NCBI GenBank assembly: GCA_965220745.1 | Contig: CBDCQT010000013.1 | Location: 640,001 to 704,000 of the forward strand | From: Alphaproteobacteria bacterium | GTDB lineage: Bacteria; Pseudomonadota; Alphaproteobacteria; UBA828 | Direction: 5' to 3' | Length of the DNA: 64,000 nucleotides | In this document: positions 58,701 to 64,000 of the stretch, one piece after another | Layout: every line of letters begins with the position of its first letter | Position numbering within the stretch: position 1 is the first letter of the stretch | The notes under the pieces: model-generated | Told to the model about the DNA's origin: nothing | The model's input: the letters and a program-made list of their open reading frames with translations, nothing else | Database searches by the model: none | Position numbers and translations under genes: made by a program

Positions 58701-58778
58701 CATACTGAAGGCAAACCCGGGCCGAGCGAGCCTGCCCCTCGAAAGCGGATCGAGCTGGAACTGGAGTTGGAACTGTAG
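55713..58778 (+). CDS. MOBF relaxase-helicase (TrwC / F TraI type)
   Basis: YFERDGYY, DLTFSAPKSVS, HEVSRNLDPQLHTH, FSSRR, QGFAGTGKT, VVDEGS, TVHAFQG. Confidence 0.95.
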   Translation: MVVSIGAIASAAQGVSYFERDGYYTKGDPQHLNASAWVGKGADALGLRGPVEPDVFREILEGIVPDGSGRRLGRPEKDGTVTHRPGRDLTFSAPKSVSLAALLGGDAKVAAAHDAAVRRTLAWLEATTIQTRMRDPETGILVRAGGQKMVAATFRHEVSRNLDPQLHTHAVIANMVQGEDGGTPRSGGTPRSGKWRTMANEPLYRRQKPIGMVYRNELARELRALGYEVEKTHADGRFEIAGVSRTVVEAFSSRRAEIEAAMAARGLGDPGSNPHLAERAALMTRAHKRDVDREALQRSWREQAASLGFSAEEAIKAARRQRSMSPDGSGQGVEAPRERNAAGKEGATPGAARDAGLASEAVAWATEHLSEREAVFARSDLLAAALAWKPGAVPVEAAGTAIEAALQEGRLHAAPGYRGASLSPGDEGLTTDIALADERETIGLMRSGQDRGRVLMRRRKVRQHLHKGPLTGGQRQAVTAILSSRDRVVGVQGFAGTGKTAMLNRARALAEKSGYRMVGLAPSASAVQTLAAESGIQSETLQGFLARNAGVAEGRLARKAARKMREDFAKTVLVVDEGSLASTVQARDLLRIADALHIPRVVLVGDEKQLDAVDAGKPFAQLQQAGMQTAVMDQILRQREPALKEAVEASLAGDVRTAFEKLGSNVAQVKADNIAGAVAARWLRLSSEERENTGVMAPSHELRGAINGHIRERLAREGAIHGPTFHGEQLVSRGYTRAEKALAVNYAPGDVVTFHRAYKRMGIGKGDERRVVEVDRRSRTVVLADASGGTIAWKPGMIAGRHGGSEVYRAEPIELRAGDRMRWTRNDKGLGLVNGRTAEVVSVSADRVSLLLEDGRTLALDKDAPQLRHLDHAWASTVHAFQGRTVDRVIAAMEANHPHLTTQKSFYVEISRARDQAELVTDDVVRLRERLEATTGERIAALEAVTPKNRDATAKAAEATGELPAHTMPARSDAGVRPQADRGAPLDKQTEPGGREHTEGKPGPSEPAPRKRIELELELEL
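56252..56287 (+). repeat. 18-bp family A, 2 units, inside the relaxase domain
   Basis: CGGGGGAACACCCCGGTC CGGGGGAACGCCCCGGTC. Confidence 0.9.
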
Positions 58779-58781
58779 TCC

Positions 58782-58913
58782 AATTGCCGCGCTCGCCGGA
58801 ACCGCGCCGAGATAGTGGTGCGCCTGCATCAGGTTGCGGAAGCGGGCCTCGTCCGCCGCCACCACGATGTCAACCGCTACCTCCGAAAGAACCGCCACCG
58901 CCTTCCCGTCCAC
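58782..58913 (-). pseudogene. DUF4338-like (IS-associated) N-terminal fragment
   Basis: DEARFRNLMQAHHYLGA motif, truncated at the relaxase 3' end. Confidence 0.5.
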
Positions 58914-59059
58914 ACGGCTGCCTCACGGCACCTAAAGCGGAACGTGGCGGGGAAGTTCAGAATCACCGTCAACTCGTTGTCAGACGGCACCAATGCTCAA
59001 GGAACGTATCCGCCCTCGCCGGATACCCTGGAGCATGTGGTTCCGGGTCGCTTATCTGG

Positions 59060-59390
59060 TCCCCTGTCAGACAAGGGCATGTCTGCGGTGCAGTTTCAGT
59101 GGCAGCTTGGACTGACGCGGTACGAGACTGCGTTCGGCATTCTGCTCAGCTCCACGCTGGTATGGTGCGGCCCGGCCGCAGGTCGGGGCCGGATCGTGCC
59201 TGGAGACGGAGAGTATGCGGAGGTCGACGAGTCTTATGTTGGAGGCCGGACCCGTGGTGAAGGCCGAGGCGTTCACCACAAGACGCCGGTGGCCGCTGCC
59301 GTCGAAGCCCGCTACAGGAATCCCGACACCGCGCGGGACAGGCGGACGGGTGGCCGCTACGCCGAGCGCGTACGGCTGGCCGTCGAACTC
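59060..59390 (+). pseudogene. IS1595-family transposase remnant
   Basis: GMSAVQFQWQLGLTRYETAF and AEVDESYVGGRTRGEGRG; no intact N- or C-terminus. Confidence 0.75.
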
Positions 59391-59551
59391 ACGGTCGTCC
59401 CTCGTTCCGAACGTCAAGAGCGACACCAAGTGCACGCGCCCAGGGCGCCGCAACCCAATTCGAGCGCCTTGTTTCGAGCTCGCGGGCGGATGGGAACCCG
59501 TCCGGCGCGCAGCTTTCCGTTGGCAGCAGCGCGTGGCGGCGCCCGGTACGA

Positions 59552-60160
59552 TCACGGATGCGGCGGCTCAGCCTGGGCAAGAGCCTCCGCCGCCCAGCCA
59601 GGAACGATCCCGGCGATCCACCAGGCTCCGTCCTTCAGGATCGCAACTTCGCGGTGCGGCCGATCGGGATCGGTGTTGTCGTAGAGCAGGACGTCGTGCG
59701 CGCGCGCAATCGCCGCCGGGAGATTGGCGTGTGAGCGCGCAAACCGCCGCCGCACATCCGCTTCCGGAACATCGTGACCGCCGAGCGCGACCCGGTTGCG
59801 GATGCGATCGAGCGCCTGGTCCGGCGAGGCGACGGACAGGAAGTGAAGGACGATCCGGTAGCCATCACGCCGCGCGGCCTCCATGTGGTGAAGAATGCCG
59901 GAACCGGCAAGCGTCGTCTCCACCAGGTGCGTCCTCCCGGCGGCAAGCGCAGCCTGCCGCCGGCGCAGCGCCTCGCGCGCTGCCTGTCCGGTGGAGCCGG
60001 CGGTCATGCTGCGCGCGATCGCATCGGGGTCGATGATGTCAACGTCGCCGAACCAGGTCGTCCGCGTCAGACTGGACTTGCCACACCCGTTCGGACCGGA
60101 AACAACGATGAGAGTCGGCAAGGCCGCTGCCGGGTCAGGCGGACTTCTGCCCGGGCGCAC
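59552..60160 (-). CDS. Zeta-toxin-like P-loop ATPase/kinase
   Basis: VVSGPNGCGKSS, IIDPD, ETTLAG, RIRNRVALGGHDVPE..VRRRF, YDNT. Confidence 0.85.
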   Translation of the reverse strand: MRPGRSPPDPAAALPTLIVVSGPNGCGKSSLTRTTWFGDVDIIDPDAIARSMTAGSTGQAAREALRRRQAALAAGRTHLVETTLAGSGILHHMEAARRDGYRIVLHFLSVASPDQALDRIRNRVALGGHDVPEADVRRRFARSHANLPAAIARAHDVLLYDNTDPDRPHREVAILKDGAWWIAGIVPGWAAEALAQAEPPHP

Positions 60161-60338
60161 TGAGCACCCGGTCCCCCTCCCTGGTCCGTGCGATATAGGC
60201 GCCGTCCGAACGGACGCCGTAGAGGGTACCGCCAGCCTCGACCTGGGCTGCCAAGTCTGCCCTGATCTGGTCGCGCCAGTCTTTCGGGCGACCCGGTATG
60301 TCGGGCGGCGGCGCGGGTGTATGCCTGTGCTCTCTCAT
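60135..60338 (-). CDS. Small hypothetical protein, candidate antitoxin partner
   Basis: 67-aa ORF overlapping the ATPase start. Confidence 0.45.
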   Translation of the reverse strand: MREHRHTPAPPPDIPGRPKDWRDQIRADLAAQVEAGGTLYGVRSDGAYIARTREGDRVLSAPGQKSA

Positions 60339-60698
60339 GCCGCCGACCCTACATTCGACGGTCGCGGCCTTCAACCCGATACAGATCGATACTGCGCGGG
60401 AACAGGCGGCGGCCCGAACGCCCCAAACATGTGCCGACGGCGTCACGCCGCTGCGGGATCGTCCGTCGACCTTCCCGCGAGTTTGACTTGCCCCCACACT
60501 CCGGCGGGAAGGGAGAGTCACGATGTGTCCGTCGCCAGGGCATCACTTTCGTTCGTGATCGACGCGGCGGCTGCGATGATGGGGCTGAGGCGACCCGGCT
60601 CAACGTGTCCAGGTTGAGCGCCTATGCTGCGAGGTGCTGCGAGGAAGCGCATTCCTGCGGGATCGGCGATACGCGGAAACCGGAAAGCGTCCCTCGCT

Positions 60699-61076
60699 TC
60701 AGTCGCTGGCGAGGAGATCCGACTGGGAGAGTCTGGCGTCCCGATGCGTCCTGTCGATCTCTTCGTGGCGTCCCTCGCGGACCAGTTCCTCGCGCTTCAG
60801 CGCCGCGACAAAGTACACGCCGCGATAAGTGCTCTCGATCAGTCTCACCAGTCCACGCGGCAGCGTGCCCTCGACGGAGCCGGCATCGCCGATGGCTGCC
60901 GCCAGGGCGGCATTGCGAACGAACTCGCCGGGTGAATCGTCACGTGTGGACGCCGCCACTTCCACCGCTTTCCACTCCGACTTGGAGAATCTGATGCTAT
61001 GGTTTGTTCGAGTGTCGACGCATTGTCTGTTCGCAAAGCCGTTCGTTCCTTTTGATATGGGCTTGTTCGATGTCAT
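60699..61076 (-). CDS. Ribbon-helix-helix relaxosome accessory protein (NikA/MobC-like)
   Basis: HSIRFSKSEWKAVEVAA....SPGEFVRNAAL; GAAGGA RBS; adjacent to oriT. Confidence 0.65.
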   Translation of the reverse strand: MTSNKPISKGTNGFANRQCVDTRTNHSIRFSKSEWKAVEVAASTRDDSPGEFVRNAALAAAIGDAGSVEGTLPRGLVRLIESTYRGVYFVAALKREELVREGRHEEIDRTHRDARLSQSDLLASD

Positions 61077-61169
61077 TGTTGCATCCTTCGTGTTTGAGAC
61101 TGGAACGTTCGGCGCTCAAGCCGCCGAACAACTTCTTCGATCGTACAGTTACGAGACGGGGTATAGCAG

Positions 61170-61410
61170 CCGTAGTGCGGCCGCACTACGGGGTTTCGGT
61201 AGCGCAAAACCTACGCGTTGCGATGCAACGCGCTTCTAGAGAAAGCATTGTTTACAAACATACTTTGATCGCACTGCGCTGCAACGCGCTCGCTCCAACG
61301 GCAATTTTGCAGGTTTAATCATGCTCCTGCCAACTTCTGCGCACGATTGCAGCAGGAATTCGGGGAAATAGCATCTTTGCACCCGCGGTGCGTGGGGTGT
61401 GAGAACAGAA
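61170..61410 (+). other. Origin of transfer (oriT), predicted nic between 61400 and 61401
   Basis: Hairpin GCACC-CGC-GGTGC followed by GTGGGGTGT/G; palindromes at 61170-61191 and 61214-61232. Confidence 0.8.
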
Positions 61411-61869
61411 GCGGCTCCGCCGTAGAGCCGCGACTATGGGGGGCAGTAGAAAGGAGTCAGGGCCCAGCCTCAAGAGCGGGGCAAGGGGGACGATCCGCGG
61501 CAGTTGGCCGGGCGATTGCGCTGGGAACGCAACGGCGTGCTGCACGACCGCATTGGGCAGTGACTGGGGCACGCGATCATGGTCCGCACGATTGACGGAT
61601 CACCATCGTCATCGCCGGTGTCGGGCGTGGTGGCGCCGGGCCGTTCAGGCCCGGCGCCACCAATGTCCGGAGAGCGTCCGGCGACGGCGCGCGAGCGCCG
61701 AGCCAGACGCGACGGGCCGCGGATGGCGGGCCGCGGAACGGATCGCTTGCCGGGAGCGCGGCGGCGGCGCGTAGCGCCGCGACGCGCGACGCGGGGGCAC
61801 GGCGAAAAAGAGAGAGCCGATCCGCGCCGAGGCACGGACCGGCTCCTGGGGGGAGGAGGAAGCGCCGCT

Positions 61870-62790
61870 TCAGGCAGCGACGCTCATGACCGGGATGCCG
61901 AGCTGGCGGGCCTTGTCGACCAGGTTCCCGGTGATGCCTGAGCCGGGGAACGCGATCACGCCCTTCGGCAGCAGGTTCAGCAGCTCGTCGTTCCTGCGGA
62001 AGGGGGCAGCGTTGCCGTGCGTCTTCCAGTCCGGGCGGCACACGACCTGGTCGACGCCGCGCGCGTCCGCCCAGCTCGCCGCGATCTTCTCGACGCCGGG
62101 GCCGCCACCGTGCAACAGCACCATGTCGCCGTACTTCGCGCGCGTGGAGTCGAGCGTGGTCCAGATGGCGTCGGCATCGCTGACGGTCTTGCCGCCGGTG
62201 ATGGCGACGAGGGTGCCGTCGGGCAGGTGCGCACTCGTCTCGCGGTCCTGCCGTGCGCGGCGGAAGTCGCGGGCGTCGATGGCGGCTGAGGTGAGGGTTC
62301 CGGTCTGCGAGGTGTGCGATCCGTGACGCGGACGCCAGACGTCGCCGGTCTCGACACGGTAGGCGTCGGCAGCGAGGTCGCGGAGCTTCTCGAACGCGTC
62401 GCGCCTGTCGCCGAGGTTCTGTGCGCGGTCGGTCAGAGTCTGCAGCTCCCATGCCTTCACCTCGGTGCCGTCCTGCGCGCGCTCGAGGTCGCGCATCTCG
62501 GGCGCGATGCGGTCGACGGCACGGTCGAGACGGGTGACCTGGGAGTGCAGCATGTTGACGAAGCCCCACATCAGGGGCTCGCGCTCGTCGGCCATCTGGG
62601 TGCCGTCGACGGTGACTCCGTCCACCATGACGCGGATGGCCTCGGACAGCGCGTCGATGGCGTCGTCCTCGTCCCAGACCTCGCGGCTGTCGAGCTCACC
62701 GCGCTCAGGGCTGGCGCCGTAGAGCGCGATGCTGTCGCAGACGGCTGCAGTGGCGGAAGCGGATGCGGTAGCGCTGGTGGTGTCGATCAT
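61870..62790 (-). CDS. DUF2493 / YspA-like SLOG-domain protein
   Basis: VAITGG, LLHGGGPGVEKIAASWA, AAPFRRNDELL, AFPGSGITGNL. Confidence 0.85.
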   Translation of the reverse strand: MIDTTSATASASATAAVCDSIALYGASPERGELDSREVWDEDDAIDALSEAIRVMVDGVTVDGTQMADEREPLMWGFVNMLHSQVTRLDRAVDRIAPEMRDLERAQDGTEVKAWELQTLTDRAQNLGDRRDAFEKLRDLAADAYRVETGDVWRPRHGSHTSQTGTLTSAAIDARDFRRARQDRETSAHLPDGTLVAITGGKTVSDADAIWTTLDSTRAKYGDMVLLHGGGPGVEKIAASWADARGVDQVVCRPDWKTHGNAAPFRRNDELLNLLPKGVIAFPGSGITGNLVDKARQLGIPVMSVAA

Positions 62791-63501
62791 GACGATCTCC
62801 TTCGGTTCGTCCTCCGAGGCGGTATGCCCCGTCGTGACGTCCTTTTCGGGTCACGCGCGCGCAGCGGAAGCACCTGGCCCTGGAAGCTCTTGGGCGGGAG
62901 TCGGTGCGGAAGGTCGCCGATTTCGGTGCGGAAGATGGCGCCGGCGTTCAGGTGGGAACGGTGCTCTGCAGCAAATCCATTCCAGTGGTCATCACGGCGC
63001 CGGGCCGGGCGGGCCCTCTTGGGCCTGCCCGGCGTCTAGGCGCCGCCACGAATGGTTCCGCGAATGGATTTGATGCGGTGCAGCGTGACGCGGCGGCCCC
63101 GCGCCAGGGGCCGGCGCGCTGCAGGACGGGGCGGTTGGTGATTACACGCAAGCCATCTTCACGGTCGGCGACCTTCACGGCCCGCCTTAGAGTTTCCTGG
63201 GCCAGGCCGAAGGGAGCGGAGCGACCGGAGGACCCGCAGGGTTGCTGCAGCGAGCACGTGTGAGACGATTGGACGAAACGACGGGAAGAGCCTTTGTTGG
63301 AAGCTCCTCCATCTTTGTCTTTGGCAAGCGGAGCGCGCAGCGAGCGTTCGCGAGCGGAGGCGAGAGGGATACCCGCCCGAAGGGACGAGACCGCGCAGCG
63401 GGCTCGGCAGGGTAGCCCGGCCGCGAAGCGGCTCGCCCGAAGTGCTCCTTGAAGGCCGCAGGACAATCCACGAGGGCATGGCATGGTCGAGGGGCCAGTC
63501 A

Positions 63502-63741
63502 TCACGGCCACAACGGATGTGTGTCCACGAGACGCTGCGCCTCGGCGCGGATGCGCGCGCGGTCGTGCACCGAGACGGGGCCGCGATGGTCTTCGGAAAG
63601 ATGGATGACGTAGTAGTGCGCGCCCGCGTTGAGGATGTCTTCCTGCCGGTAGACCTCGCCGACGACGGCGCCGTCCTGGTAGATGCGGGATTCCTCAGGC
63701 GTGATGCGCCGGAAGGTGAGGTCGGTGCGATAGCGTCCCAT
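63502..63741 (-). CDS. Small hypothetical protein (start 63741 or 63786)
   Basis: GAAGGGAG RBS; GC3-biased ORF between toprim gene and structured spacer. Confidence 0.55.
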   Translation of the reverse strand: MGRYRTDLTFRRITPEESRIYQDGAVVGEVYRQEDILNAGAHYYVIHLSEDHRGPVSVHDRARIRAEAQRLVDTHPLWP

Positions 63742-63798
63742 CCGGGTGCTCCCTTCGTGCCTGGCGGGCGGGTTCTCTCTCTCCATCCCGCGTCTTGT

Positions 63799-64000
63799 TC
63801 ACGCCAGCTCCTGCTGCCCTCTCACTCCCGCGAAGCGGAAGAGGGGCGCGAGGCGCGCGCGCAGAGCGGCGGAGCCGAGCGCGAGCAGGTCGTCGTTGAA
63901 GTCCGCACCCTCGGGAACGAGGACATGGACGGGCACGCCGGCCCGCGCACAGCGGCGGGCGAGGCGTTCGGCCGCCCACTCGCCTTCCGGGTCGTTGTCG
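63799..64000 (-). CDS. Toprim-domain protein, C-terminal part (continues beyond window)
   Basis: My translation: DNDPEGEWAAERLARR...VLVPEGADFNDDL. Confidence 0.7.
   Translation of the reverse strand, partial: DNDPEGEWAAERLARRCARAGVPVHVLVPEGADFNDDLLALGSAALRARLAPLFRFAGVRGQQELA

Larger units (their letters stand above)
13918..64000. mobile_element. Integrative conjugative element (left att site not identified; right end beyond window)
   Basis: Integrase, repressor switch, type IVb pilus, T4SS, coupling protein, relaxase and oriT next to chromosomal genes; linkage of the integrase to the transfer genes is inferred from adjacency. Confidence 0.8.

Noticed and set aside
58782-58913. Druantia defence system (DruA shares DUF4338)
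   Set aside because: Only a short fragment among IS debris; no druE or other partner genes

Overview
GC-rich, probably alphaproteobacterial DNA (inferred from the helicase-S4-terB-fdxA-carD synteny). Bases 1-13.6 kb are chromosomal housekeeping and metabolic genes: Rieske oxygenase, degenerate metallophosphoesterase, CarD, ferredoxin, helicase, HtpG, 2OG-Fe(II) oxygenase and BKACE. From about 13.9 kb to the window end lies a large integrative conjugative element (ICE): tyrosine integrase, a nest of IS elements, a phage-like cI/Cro switch, an IncI-like type IVb pilus operon, a Dot/Icm (MPF-I) secretion apparatus, an F/W-type TraD coupling protein, a MOBF relaxase, an oriT with a recognisable nic site, and a leading region. 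Three signals stand out. (1) An 18-bp quasi-palindromic DNA unit (about CAGGGGAACACCCYGGTC) occurs in frame, in both orientations and in different reading frames, at about 20 loci in the transfer genes. (2) An IS1111-type element carries a bridge/seekRNA region whose guides match the IS66 transposase site it sits in. (3) The conjugation machine is a hybrid of MPF-I with TraD and MOBF. All protein calls come from motif recognition by eye; no database searches were run.
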